DNA of 64,000 nt, taken from the NCBI GenBank assembly GCA_028826165.1, contig JAPDFW010000135.1, positions 62,001-126,000 on the forward strand. Direction: 5' to 3'. This DNA is from Anaeramoeba ignava BMAN (lineage: Eukaryota > Protista > Anaeramoebae). A program made the translations under genes and the position numbers. Under the pieces are notes generated by a model, which ran no database searches, was not told where the DNA came from, and worked only from the letters and a program-made list of their open reading frames with translations. This document shows positions 25,360 to 37,133 of the stretch, one piece after another. The first letter of the stretch is position 1. Each line of letters starts with the position of its first letter.

Positions 25360-25856
25360 TAATTTTTGATTTTGATTTTAATTTTTGATTTTAATTTTAA
25401 TTTTAATTTTAATTTTAATTTTAATTTTAATTTTGATTTTAATTTTGATTTTGATTTTTATTTTGATTTTAATTTGAATTTAATTTTAATTTTAATTTTA
25501 ATTTTAATTTTAATTTTTGATTTTAATTTTAATTTTAATATTAATTTTTGATTTTGATTTTAATTTTTGATTTTAATTTTAATTTTAATTTTGATTTTAA
25601 TTTTAATTTTAATTTTTAATTTTAATTTTGATTTTAATTTTAATTTTGATTTTAATTTTAATTTTGATTTTAATTTTGATTTTGATTTTTATTTTGATTT
25701 TAATTTTGATTTTGATTTTGATTTTAATTTTAATTTTAATTTTAATTTTAATTTTAATTTTGATTTTGATTTTGATTTTAATTTTGATTTTAATTTTAAT
25801 TTTAATTTTAATTTTAATTTTAATTTTAATTTTTAATTTTAATTTTGATTTTAATT
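25360..25856. repeat. (TTTTAA/TTTTGA)n intergenic microsatellite
   Basis: Direct reading. Confidence 0.9.
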
Positions 25857-27631
25857 TTAATTTTGATTATTAAATTTGTTAATTAATAAATCAAATAAAT
25901 TTGGATTTGTTTGATTTAATTGAAAATAATCAATTCCAGTTTTAATTTCATCAATGATTTCTTGTGTAATTTGAATTTCATCTTTAATTTGATTTGAATA
26001 AATCCAATATTCAAATATTTGAAATGATTTATTACTTAATTCACTATAATCTGTAACTTTATTAGATTTATCTTCAGTTACAGATAAAAACATTCCTCGA
26101 TATAATTCACTTCTCATTATTAATATTAATTTAGGAAATTTATATTGTTTTTCTTTTCTTTCAATTATAAAATCTTTTTCATTTTCATTTTCATTTAAAT
26201 AAATTCTTTTCATTGTTTCTTCAATTTTTTCATTTGAATTTATAATTTCTTTAATTTCAGAATATAATTTTGGATTTATTATTCTGTTTGAATAAATCAT
26301 TTCAAATATTTGATTTGATTCTTTAATTGATTTTTTTGAAATAATTTCTTGAAGTTTTTCAATTTTGATTTTGATTTTGATCTTTTAATCTATATTTCAA
26401 TATTAATTTATGAGCTTTGATTATTTCTCCATTTTCGGTTTTAAATGAAATATCACAAAATTCTTTTCTTTCAAATAATTTTATCAAATCTTCTTCAAGA
26501 TTGGAAAAAGGAGGAGGAGAATAATAAATAAATGAATTGTTAAATCCACAAGAAATATGATAATTAGGAATATTTTCATTAAATCTTAATTTAGGAAGTT
26601 CAATTTGAATTGGAATTGATTGCTTTAAATGACTATATCCAGTTCCTAATTGACCTGAATAATTATATCCAAATCCTATTAATTTCCCTTTGGAAGTTAA
26701 AATCAAAGTATGAGCATTTCCAACAGAAAAATCAAGAATATTATCATCATTTTCAAATAAAGATGATTTGATTTCAGTAAATTCATAAGTATTTTCATCT
26801 TTGCTAAGTCCATTAAATCCATAATTTCCACATGAATAAAGTTTTCTTTTTGGATTTTGATCTTGATTTTCATTTTCAATAAATGTTATTGAATGACCAC
26901 CTCCACATTGAATATCAATTATTTTGCCTTTTGGAATATTTTGGATTTTGGTTAATTTTGTGATTTTTGTTTCTTGTTTTCTTGATTCTCCTAATCCAAC
27001 TTGACCAAATCTATTATCGCCGCATCCAAATAATTCTTGATTTGAATTTAAAAGAAAAACACAATTTGAAGAGTTTCCTGAAAATATTTTAGAAACATTT
27101 TTCATCATTAAAATTGGTTTTTGTGTATTTTTAAGTGTTTCAGAATCAAAACCAAGTTGACCAAATTGATTTGAACCAATTCCATAAACATTTTGATTTG
27201 AAGTTAATAAGTAAATTGAATTTCTTCCAGAAACAACATCTTCGAATTATTCTATCATTTTTATCTTCAATTAATGATGAAATATTGATAAATTCATTTG
27301 GATTATTTGGATTAATATCTAAACCTTTGGCAAATACATTTCCTTCTATTGTTAAAATAGCTTCATTGTGAACACCAACAGTTACTTTTTGAATATTTTC
27401 TTCAATTTGAATTTTTGAAGGATTTTGTTTTGAATATTTTTCATTTAAATATTCTATTGCTTTTCCATTTTGAAAAAGGAAAATTGTTGAAAAATAACAT
27501 GATGAAATTTGTTTAATTTGTTTTTCATTTTCATTTTCAAATTTAAATTGAATTGGTTTTGTTATTTTTTCTGATTCATTTTTTATAAGTTTTGGTTCGT
27601 CATTTTTACCACAAAATAAACAATCATTCAT
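25857..27631 (-). CDS. RCC1-repeat-BTB-BTB protein, copy A (indels near 27243 and 26360)
   Basis: GxNxxGQLG RCC1 repeats, EFCDISF..AHKLIL BTB1, KDFII..RSELYRGMF BTB2; collinear with intact copy D. Confidence 0.85.
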
Positions 27632-27772
27632 TTTTGAAAAGAAAAAAATGAAAAAAATAATTTTTGGAATTTTAATTTTAATTTTAATTTTAATTTTAAT
27701 TTTGATTTTAATTTTAATTTTAATTTTAATTTTAATTTTGATTTTAATTTTGATTTTGATTTTAATTTTAAT

Positions 27773-28113
27773 TTTGATTTTGATTATTAAATTTGTTAAT
27801 TAATAAATCAAATAAATATTTGAAATGATTGTTTGATTTTAATTTATCATTGAAAATAATCATTCCCCAATTTGAATTTCATCAATTATTTCTTGTGTAA
27901 TTTCAATTTCATCTTTAATTTGATTTGAATAAATCCAATATTCAAATATTTGAAATGATTTATTACTTAATTCACTATAATCTGTAACTTTATTAGATTT
28001 ATCTTCTGTTACAGATAAAAACATTCCTCGATATAATTCAATTCTCATTATTAATATTAAATTTAAGGAAATTTTATATATTGTTTTTCTTTTCTTTCAA
28101 TTATAAAATCTTT
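27773..28113 (-). pseudogene. Degenerate 3' remnant (second BTB) of the RCC1-BTB family
   Basis: ELYRGMFLSVTEDKSNKVTDYSELS.. near-identical to family tails; indels on both sides. Confidence 0.8.
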
Positions 28114-28900
28114 TAATTAATTTATTTCAAAAATGGAATAAAGAATATTAAATAATTAAATTTAAAATTAATTTTATTTTATATATTTTATTAATATTTT
28201 TATTTAAAATAATATAAAATTATTCTCAATAATTTAATAAAATTAATAAGAAAATTGAAATATTTTAATAAATATAAATATTTAATTTTAATAATATTTA
28301 ATAATAATTTAATTTAGATTTTAATTTTTATTTTAATTTTATATATATTTATTTTTAATATTTAATAATAATTTATTATATTAATATTTTTAATTATTTA
28401 TTATTTCAATTTTAATTATAATAAAATATATTAAAAATAAAATTAAAAATTAAAAAATTTTAAATAAATTGAATTTAACATGATTGAATAAGATAAACTT
28501 TCTAAAAAAATAATTTACTAATTATTCTATTTTTGATTTTGATTATAATTTATTAATATTTAAATATTAATTAATAATAAATTTTATTTGATTTTTTTAT
28601 TTTAACATTTTAATTAATGAATTTAAATTTAATTATTATTAATTTCTATTTTCAATTTTTATTTTTATTTATTATATTAAAAATATTCAATTTTTAAAAT
28701 TTATTATTTTTTTTTTTTGGATTATTTTTATTAATTAAATTTTTAATAAATATTTTAAATTAAAATTAAATTATTTAAAATTAAATTTGTTTTTTATTTA
28801 TTATTTTAAAGAAATTAATTTGATTAAAATTAAATTAAAATTGAATTAAATTTTGAAAAAAAAAATTAAAAAAAAAAGTTTGATTTTCTTATTATTAATT
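28114..28900. other. Non-periodic, almost GC-free low-complexity tract
   Basis: No ORF and no regular repeat; faint resemblance to the RCC1-BTB 3' region. Confidence 0.6.
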
Positions 28901-28905
28901 AATTT

Positions 28906-30474
28906 TTAAATGAAATAAGATTCAAGTTCATCAACAACCCATTTATCATAAGAACCAGCTAAATAACTTCTAGCTTCATTTGATTGATAAGTAATTCCAT
29001 TAGGTAGATTATAACATATACCAAAATTTGAATAACCAGGTTGTAAATTAGAACCTAAAATAAAATCATTAAAATGTGGACCATAACTTAAACCAGAATA
29101 AATTGCACTATTTTGTTTATATGTAAACTTTGCAGGTATTCTATCCCCTTTATCATTTCTTAATGAAAAAATAAATGCATTTGAATCATTAATCCGTTCT
29201 CCATTTGCTGATTTAAATCCAACTTGAGTAAAACCTCCAAAAATAAAATTATCTTTTGTTTTGATAATAACTAATGTTTTTCCTTTCCCATCAACTGCTT
29301 TATGCCAATTTTGAGAATTAAATCCATCTCTTTTTGCTGAAAATCCTTTTTTCATTTTAGAAAAAAAATCATTATCATTTATCCATTCTTGTAATTTCTT
29401 AACATATTCTTCTTCTGTAATAATTCTTGTTTCTGAAAATTGAGGAAAATTCTTTTTGATTGGTTCCAATTTCTTTTGTAATTCAAATTCTTTTTCATAT
29501 TCATCAAAAACAGGTTTCATTTTCTCAACTTCTTTCTTCCATTTATCTTCAATTTCAATTTTCATTTGTTGATTTTCTTTCTCTTTATTTTCAATTTCTT
29601 TTTGATTTTCTTGAATAACTTTGTTTTGAATATCAACTAAAAAAGATTTAGGAAAAAAATCAAATTGTTTTAATTTATCAAAATCTTGTTTTGAAATTGA
29701 ATCTTTATCAAATAATGAAAAAAAAGAATGAAATAATCTTTTCTTTTCAATTCCCTTTTCTTTTTCTTTCTCTTTTTCTTTCTTTCCTTTTAATCTCTTA
29801 TTTCTTTTTTCAATCCAATTATTTAAAAATTGAAAAAAATCAAATTGAAAAATTTCTTTTTTTTCTTGTTTAAATTGAATAAATTTGATAATTTCTTCTT
29901 TAGTTAAATTGAATAAATTTTCATTATTTTGAATTTGGGAAAAATTTTGATTTATTAATTCAAAACATTTTATTTCAATTTCATTTGAATTTAAATTTCG
30001 ATTTTGGAATAAAAATTGGAAAAAATTTGAATAATTAATTGAATTTAAAATTTTTTTTTGAATAATTTCTTTCAATAAATTTAATTTAAAATAAATTGAA
30101 ATTTCTAATAATTGGATAAGATTTTCTTGATTTTCAAAAGAAATATTTCCATAATAAATATAACTCAAAATTGATTCCATTTCTTTTTTATTAAATTGTT
30201 TTAAAAAAATCTTATCAATATCGTTTTCTCCTCTTAAAAACTCATTAAAAAAAGGAGATCTTGAAGATAAAATTGATTTATGAACTTTAATTTCAAAATT
30301 ATTTGATTTATTCTCAACAAAAATTGAAAAATCATTAAATGAATTTCCATTTAAAAGGTTTGAATAATCTTTAATTAAATTTTTTGTTACTTTTTTTTCT
30401 AAATTTTTCATTTCATTTTCATTTTCATTTTCATTTGCATTTTCAATTTGGTTATTATTATTATTATTATCCAT
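28906..30474 (-). CDS. BTB-coiled-coil-TLDc protein
   Basis: FNDFSIF..VHKSILSSRSPFF BTB; RDGF..WH..DGKGKTLVIIKT..FIFGGFT..AFIFSL..GP.F..ELESY TLDc. Confidence 0.9.
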   Translation of the reverse strand: MDNNNNNNQIENANENENENEMKNLEKKVTKNLIKDYSNLLNGNSFNDFSIFVENKSNNFEIKVHKSILSSRSPFFNEFLRGENDIDKIFLKQFNKKEMESILSYIYYGNISFENQENLIQLLEISIYFKLNLLKEIIQKKILNSINYSNFFQFLFQNRNLNSNEIEIKCFELINQNFSQIQNNENLFNLTKEEIIKFIQFKQEKKEIFQFDFFQFLNNWIEKRNKRLKGKKEKEKEKEKGIEKKRLFHSFFSLFDKDSISKQDFDKLKQFDFFPKSFLVDIQNKVIQENQKEIENKEKENQQMKIEIEDKWKKEVEKMKPVFDEYEKEFELQKKLEPIKKNFPQFSETRIITEEEYVKKLQEWINDNDFFSKMKKGFSAKRDGFNSQNWHKAVDGKGKTLVIIKTKDNFIFGGFTQVGFKSANGERINDSNAFIFSLRNDKGDRIPAKFTYKQNSAIYSGLSYGPHFNDFILGSNLQPGYSNFGICYNLPNGITYQSNEARSYLAGSYDKWVVDELESYFI

Positions 30475-30539
30475 TTTGTGTTTTTGTTTTTTGTTTTTGT
30501 TTTTTGTTTTTTAAAAAAAAAGGAAAAATGAAAAAAATT

Positions 30540-31000
30540 TAAATAAAAATGAATAAAAAAAATTTGGATTTTTGAAAATAAATAAAAATATTTTTAAAAA
30601 TAAGAATAAATTTTAAATTAATAATTAATTTTTAATTTTCTTTTTAATTTATTATTTTAAATTAATTTATTAATAAATTATTATTATTTTTATTAATTTT
30701 AAATTAAAAAGGAAAATTATTTTAATTTAATTTAATTTTTTTTTAATTTTTAAATTAAAAATTATTTAATATTTAAATTTAAAAACAAATTTCTAAAAAT
30801 TAAATTATTATTTTAATAATAATTTAATTCAAAAAGATAAAATTTAATTTCAAAAATCAATTTTCAAAATATTTTTAAATAATAAAATATTTAAATCTAA
30901 AACATTAAATTATTATTTTAATAATAAAATTAAATATTAAATTATATTTTTAAATTAATTTCTAAATTAAATATTAAATTAAATCTGTTCTCATTTTTTA
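30540..31000. other. Non-periodic, almost GC-free low-complexity tract
   Basis: Direct reading. Confidence 0.6.
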
Positions 31001-32792
31001 TTAATTTTGATTATTAAATTTGTTAATTAATAAATCAAATAAATTTGGATTTGTTTGATTTAATTGAAAATAATCAATTCCAGTTTCTAATTCTTCAATA
31101 ATTTCTTGTGTAATTTGAATTCCATTTTTGATTTGATTTGAATAAATCCAATATTCAAATATTTGAAATGATTTATTACTTAATTCACTATAATCTGTAA
31201 CTTTATTTGAAGTATCTTCTGTTACAGATAAAAACATTCCTCGATATAATTCACTTCTCATTATTAATATTAATTTAGGAAATTTATATTGTTTTTCTTT
31301 TCTTTCAATTATAAAATCTTTTTCATTTTCATTTTCATTTAAATAAATTCTTTTCATTGTTTCTTCTATTTTTTCATTGGAATTTATAATTTCTTTAATT
31401 TCTAAATATAATTTTGGATTTATTAATTGTTTGAATAAATCATTTCAAATATTTGATTTGATTCTTTAATTGATTTTTTTGAAATAATTTCTTGAAGTTT
31501 TTCATTTTGATTTTGATTTTGATTTTGATTTTGATTTAATCTATATTTTAATATTAATTTATGAGCTTTGATTATTTCTCCATTTTTGGTTTTAAATGAA
31601 ATATCACAAAATTCTTTTCTTTGGAATAGTTTTATCAAATCTTCTTCAAGATTGGAAAAAGAAGGAGGAGAATAATAAATAAATGAATTGAAAGTTCCAC
31701 AAGAAAGATGATAATTGGAAATATCTTCATTAAATCTTAATTTAGGGAGTTCAATTTGAATTGGAATTGATTGACTATTTGTATTTCCAGTTCCTAATTG
31801 ACCTGAATAATTATATCCAAATCCAATTAATTTTGAATTGGAAGTTAAAATCAAAGTATGAGAATTCCCAACAGAAAAATCAAGAATATTATCATCATTT
31901 TCAAATAAAGATGATTTGATTTCAGTAAATTCATTTGTATTTTCATTACGATTTTTGCCAAGTCCATTAAATAGATAATCTCCACATGAATAAAGTTTTC
32001 TTTTTGGATTTTCATTTTCATTTTCATTTTCAATCAACATTATTGAATAATAAAATGAAGGTTTAATATCAATTATTTTGCCTTTTGGAATATTTTGGAT
32101 TTTGGTTAATTTTCTTATATATGTTTCTTTTCTTCTTGATTCTCCTAATCCAAGTTGACCATAGAAATTTTCACCGCATCCAAATAATTCTTGATTTGAA
32201 TTTAAAAGAAAAACGCAATCTGAAGAATCTCCTGAAAATATTTTAGAAACATTTTTCATCATTAAAATTGGTTTTTCTGTTTTTGGAAGTGTTTTATATT
32301 CAAAACCAAGTTGACCATATTCATTTGAACCAATTCCATAAGCATTTTGATTTGAAGTTAATAAGTAAATTGAATTATTTCCAGAAACAACATCTTCAAT
32401 TATTCTATCATTTGTATCTTCAATTAATGATGAAATATTGATAAATTCTTTTGGATTATTTGGATTAATATCTTTTCCTTTTGCAAATACATTTCCTTCT
32501 ATTGTTAAAATAGCTTCGTTTGCATAACCAACAGATACTTTTTGAATATTTTCTTCAATTTGGATTTCTTCAGGATTTGAATCATTTCCTCTTAAATATT
32601 CCATTGCTTTTCTATTTTTAAAAAGGAAAATTGTTGAAAAACCTCCTGATGAAATTTGTTTAATTTGTTTTTCATTTTCATTTTGATTTTCATTTTCAAA
32701 TTTAAATTGAATTGGTTTTGTTATTTTTTCTGGTTCATTTTTGATAAAAGAATTGGATAATTATTTAAACCAAAAAATAAAATTTCATTCAT
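31001..32792 (-). CDS. RCC1-repeat-BTB-BTB protein, copy B (indels near 32745 and 31425)
   Basis: ATG 32792 MNEILFFG; collinear with copy D. Confidence 0.85.
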
Positions 32793-32877
32793 TTTTGAAA
32801 AGAAAAAAAATGAAAAAAATGAAATCCATTTTTCTTTTTTCTTTTCAAAAAAAATTTCCTTTTCAAAAAAAAATTGA

Positions 32878-33651
32878 ATGGAATTTCCCAAATGGATTTT
32901 CGAAAAACAAACAATAATTGAAAATACTCCAAGCAGAAAAGAAGGGATTGATTTTGAAACAGAGTTGAATGAACGAGAAGAAACAAGCATTTTCATATTG
33001 ACATTAGGCAAACTACTTGATCTGAACGAAATCATCATTTGCACATCACAATATTATTTCCACAGAGTTTTCCTGAAGTATTCTTTCAACAAAGAAGACA
33101 GTAATCAAGCTCGTATGATGGCTGCAGGATGTGTTCTCTTAGCATCAAAGATTCATGAATGTGCGAAAAAAACAAGAGATATAATTAATTGTTACCATTT
33201 CATCATCACTGGAGGTCAACAGATTCTCGAAATTGGGGACCACTTTCATAAACTTCGCGCAGATCTTGTCTTGGCAGAATCAAGAGTTCTGAGAGCTTTG
33301 TGTTTTGATCTTGATATTGTTGTTCCGAATGTTTATTTGCTTCATTTTTCAAAAAGCCTTTCTTTATCGCAATCTACATTCAAAATCGCTTCAAAATTGC
33401 TGAATGATTCAATGACTTCCATACTTTGTTTACTTTGTACCCCTGTAGAAATCGCTTGTGGTTGCATACATCTTGCTTCAAAAATTTCAGACAAAGAAAT
33501 ACCCTTTCCATGTTGGTACGAGGTTTTTGGTGTTGATACAAACAAGGTTGTTTTTGTAGTTTCTGAAATAATGTCCCTCATCTCGAAATCAAATGAACAA
33601 AATTTCCACAATTTGAATGAAAATCAAAATGAAAATTTAAAGAAAAATTAA
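32878..33651 (+). CDS. Transcriptional cyclin (cyclin Q/FAM58- or cyclin L-like)
   Basis: YFHRVF, AAGCVLLASKIHE..RDIIN, KLRADLVLAESRVLRAL.F, YLLHF, LNDS, WYEVFG. Confidence 0.8.
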   Translation: MEFPKWIFEKQTIIENTPSRKEGIDFETELNEREETSIFILTLGKLLDLNEIIICTSQYYFHRVFLKYSFNKEDSNQARMMAAGCVLLASKIHECAKKTRDIINCYHFIITGGQQILEIGDHFHKLRADLVLAESRVLRALCFDLDIVVPNVYLLHFSKSLSLSQSTFKIASKLLNDSMTSILCLLCTPVEIACGCIHLASKISDKEIPFPCWYEVFGVDTNKVVFVVSEIMSLISKSNEQNFHNLNENQNENLKKN

Positions 33652-33735
33652 TTGAGAAAAATTCTTTTTTGTTTTTTTTTTTTGATTTATAAATGAAATT
33701 AAAATTATTTTTTTCATTTTTTTCTTTTTAAAAAA

Positions 33736-35604
33736 ATGTCAAATCAAAACAATAATCAAAATAATAATCAAAATGAAAATGAACCAAGATCATTCATAAT
33801 TGGTTTGTTTGGACTTGATGGATCAGGCAAATCACATTTCACAATTCAACTTCTTCAACACACCTTTATAGAAGAATATGATCCAACAATAGAAGACAGT
33901 TACAGAAAGCAAATAGAATTCCAAAACGAAAAATTTAACGTTGAGATTTATGATACAACTAGTATGGAAGAAGAACATACTATTTTCACTCCAGAATACA
34001 AAATGGGGTTATGTGGTGGATTTATTATTATGTATTCAATCACAAATCGGGAAAGTTTTGAATTTATTAATTATCTTCTCGAAAAAATGATAAAAGCCAA
34101 AAATCCTGATCCTTTTCCTGTTATTATTGTTGGAAATAAAACTGATTTGGAAAGTGAAAGAAAAGTTCCAAAAAAAGAAGCTGAAGCTTTTTGTAAAGAA
34201 AAAAAAATACCATTTGTGGAATTAACTTGTCGTGATTTTCAACAAGTTAAATCAGTTGTTGTTCAAATATGTAAATTGATGAAAAATTGGGATCATATTG
34301 TTGAAATGGAAAAAAGAAAAAAGAAAAAGAAATGGTTAAGGAAATTATTAGTTCCCAAAAAGGAATGTGAATTACCTGATCAATTTACTCTTCCTTCAAT
34401 TGATATTCAACCAAGCTCTTTCCAATTTGATTGCGATAAGATTTTCCAAGATAAAATCAATACCGATGTTAAATTTAGTTTTGTTGATAATTCAAACAAT
34501 CAAGGTTATTCATCATTTGATGCTCATCAAGCTATTCTTGCTTCAAGATGCTTTACATTTGGTAAAATTTTCAGAGGATTAAAAGAAAACAAACTTGAAG
34601 AAGTTCAACAAACTTGCAACAATGCGAAATTAAAATTGATCGAAAATAAAGGAGAAATACTTACTCTTTCAACTGAATATTTCTCAATTCAATCTTTTTA
34701 TTCAATGATTAGATTTTTATATTCAGCAATTATTGATGAAGAAGTGAAAAAAAGTGTTAAATTATCAAATGATTTACTTTCAGTTGCAGAAATTTTCAAA
34801 ATTGATACTTTGAAAAATATTATGAATAAGAATATTTCTCTTTTAAAAAATCAAAATCAAAATCAAAATCAAAATGAAATATTAAAAGAAATTTCAGATT
34901 TACTTTCAAATGAAATGATAACAATCTCAAATAGATTTGCAATGCTTCTTAGAAAATCGCCATTCAGTGATTTCAGAATTATAATCAAAGAAGATGAAAA
35001 TGCAAGAGAAAGAAGATTCTTTGTTCATTCGCCAATTCTTTCTCAAAGATGCAAATATTTTCAATTAGTTCTTCGAAATGAAATGATGGAAAAAAAGAAA
35101 GAAGAAATATTACTTTCTGATATTAGTTTTGATTCCTTTTTACTTGCTATTGAATATATTTATTCAGATAGATTCTTGCCACCAAATGTCACTTCAGCAA
35201 AACAAACCCAAAATACAAAACAAATTATTCAAACTAATAAAATTATGTTGGAACTTCTTATTATTTGTGATTATTTCCAACTTCCAAGACTCCATCAATT
35301 ATGTCAAAAGGATCTAATGGAAAATCTTCATGAAGATATGCTTGTTTTTGCTTTGAATGTTGCAAACCAATGTAATGCTCCAATTCTAGAAGAATTTTGT
35401 ATGATTCAAATTGGCAAAAATTTCCAAAAATTCAAAAACGATCCTCAATTTACAAATTATTTAGATCAAGAACAAAAAGATCAAATTAAAAAATATCAAT
35501 ATCCTCCTAAAAATTATATTAAATATCACAAGAAATTTAAAGTTAAATTAGCAAAGAAATTTGGACTTATTGAAAAAGAAGATGAAAGATTAAAGAAAAA
35601 ATAA
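33736..35604 (+). CDS. Ras-family GTPase-BTB-BTB protein (RhoBTB-like architecture)
   Basis: GLDGSGKS, EYDPTIEDSYRKQ (Ras effector loop), GNKTD; BTB1 TDVKF..AHQAILASRC; BTB2 FSDF..VHSPILSQRC; YPP..Y tail. Confidence 0.88.
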   Translation: MSNQNNNQNNNQNENEPRSFIIGLFGLDGSGKSHFTIQLLQHTFIEEYDPTIEDSYRKQIEFQNEKFNVEIYDTTSMEEEHTIFTPEYKMGLCGGFIIMYSITNRESFEFINYLLEKMIKAKNPDPFPVIIVGNKTDLESERKVPKKEAEAFCKEKKIPFVELTCRDFQQVKSVVVQICKLMKNWDHIVEMEKRKKKKKWLRKLLVPKKECELPDQFTLPSIDIQPSSFQFDCDKIFQDKINTDVKFSFVDNSNNQGYSSFDAHQAILASRCFTFGKIFRGLKENKLEEVQQTCNNAKLKLIENKGEILTLSTEYFSIQSFYSMIRFLYSAIIDEEVKKSVKLSNDLLSVAEIFKIDTLKNIMNKNISLLKNQNQNQNQNEILKEISDLLSNEMITISNRFAMLLRKSPFSDFRIIIKEDENARERRFFVHSPILSQRCKYFQLVLRNEMMEKKKEEILLSDISFDSFLLAIEYIYSDRFLPPNVTSAKQTQNTKQIIQTNKIMLELLIICDYFQLPRLHQLCQKDLMENLHEDMLVFALNVANQCNAPILEEFCMIQIGKNFQKFKNDPQFTNYLDQEQKDQIKKYQYPPKNYIKYHKKFKVKLAKKFGLIEKEDERLKKK

Positions 35605-35607
35605 TTT

Positions 35608-35724
35608 TTATTTTAATTTATTTTGATTTTCAAATTTAAATTGAATTGGTTTTGTTATTGAATTTGGTTCATTTTTGATAAATTTTGGTTCTTGATTTGA
35701 ACCAAAAAATATAATTTCATTCAT
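35608..35724 (-). pseudogene. 5' stub of an RCC1-BTB gene (38 aa)
   Basis: MNEIIFFGSNQEPKFIKNEPNSITKPIQFKFENQNKLK* is homologous to the family N-terminus and truncated at the EN/QN tract. Confidence 0.85.
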
Positions 35725-35777
35725 TTTTGAAATGAAAAAAATGAATAAGAAACAAATCATTTAATTTTTTTTGCTTT

Positions 35778-36920
35778 TCAAAAATATGTTCGATGAATAA
35801 TTGTTGGTCCAATTTCATTATATTCATCTAATGAAATACATCGATCTTGAAAAGTAGAAAATGAAGCCAACATTGATCCACCAATCCAAGATGAATATTT
35901 TCTTTCTTCAGGAGCAATAATTTTAACTTTCATTCCATTTTTTTCTGATAATTTAGATATTTCTTTTTTAAATCTTTGTTTGATTCCAGGAAACATTGAA
36001 GTTCCTCCAGATAAAATAATATTAGAAAGTAAATCTTTTTGAATATCCTCATCACATTTCATAATTGAATCGTAAATCATTTCATGAATTCCTTTTTCCT
36101 CTATTTCAATCAAAGAAGGTTGAAATAATGCTTCTGAACATCTGAATCTTTCTTTTCCAATTTTGATAATTCGACCATCAAATATTTCATAATCTTTTTC
36201 AATTAATTTTTCTTCTTGATTAATTTCTTTATCAAAATCCAAAGCAACATATCCAAATTTTTCTTTAATATCTTTAATAATTGCAATTTCAGCAGTTGTT
36301 GTCAAAGAATATCCTTTTTCTGTTAACATTTGCAATAAATAATCATTTAAATTTTTTCCTCCCAAATTTAATTTATTGATTGAATTCAATAAAACAGAGC
36401 TTTCATAAACAGGAACAACTTGAATAAAACCACCTCCCATTTCAACAACAACTCCTATTGGTATTCTTGTTGATATTAATGATAAAACAGATTGATTTTC
36501 AAGATCGAAAAAAGGAGTACAAAATGTTTCAAACATGATTTGAGTAATTTTCTCTTTATTTCCTTTTGAATTGAAAACACTATCCATTAATAAAGCAGGA
36601 TGTTCTTCAGGAGCAACTCTTAATTCATTATAAAAACTATGATGCCATATTTTTTCCATATCATCCCAATTTGTTACCATTCCATTTTCAATCGGATATT
36701 TCATTCTTAATATTCCCCTTTTTGCAATTGCTTCATCTCCAATATATGCATCTTTTTGTCCCATTCCTACCATTACTCCCATATATCCTGTTCTTCCAAC
36801 TATTGATGGAATAATTGATCTTGGTTTATCATCTCCTGCAAATCCTGATTTTGAATAAGTTGTTCCATTATCAAATATTACAATTCGATTTTCTTCCAAT
36901 GTATAATCACCAAAACTCAT
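35778..36920 (-). CDS. Divergent actin, copy 1
   Basis: [80 protein letters not shown]. Confidence 0.95.
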   Translation of the reverse strand: MSFGDYTLEENRIVIFDNGTTYSKSGFAGDDKPRSIIPSIVGRTGYMGVMVGMGQKDAYIGDEAIAKRGILRMKYPIENGMVTNWDDMEKIWHHSFYNELRVAPEEHPALLMDSVFNSKGNKEKITQIMFETFCTPFFDLENQSVLSLISTRIPIGVVVEMGGGFIQVVPVYESSVLLNSINKLNLGGKNLNDYLLQMLTEKGYSLTTTAEIAIIKDIKEKFGYVALDFDKEINQEEKLIEKDYEIFDGRIIKIGKERFRCSEALFQPSLIEIEEKGIHEMIYDSIMKCDEDIQKDLLSNIILSGGTSMFPGIKQRFKKEISKLSEKNGMKVKIIAPEERKYSSWIGGSMLASFSTFQDRCISLDEYNEIGPTIIHRTYF

Positions 36921-37133
36921 TTTTGGAAAGATGAAAAAAATGAAAGAAAAAAATGAATTTTAATTTTAATTTTAATTTTAATTTTGATTTTAATTTTAAT
37001 TTTAATTTTAATTTTAATTTTAATTTTAATTTTAATTTTAATTTTAATTTTGATTTTAATTTTAATTTTAATTTTGATTTTAATTTTAATTTTGATTTTA
37101 ATTTTAATTTTAATTTTGATTTTAATTTTGATA

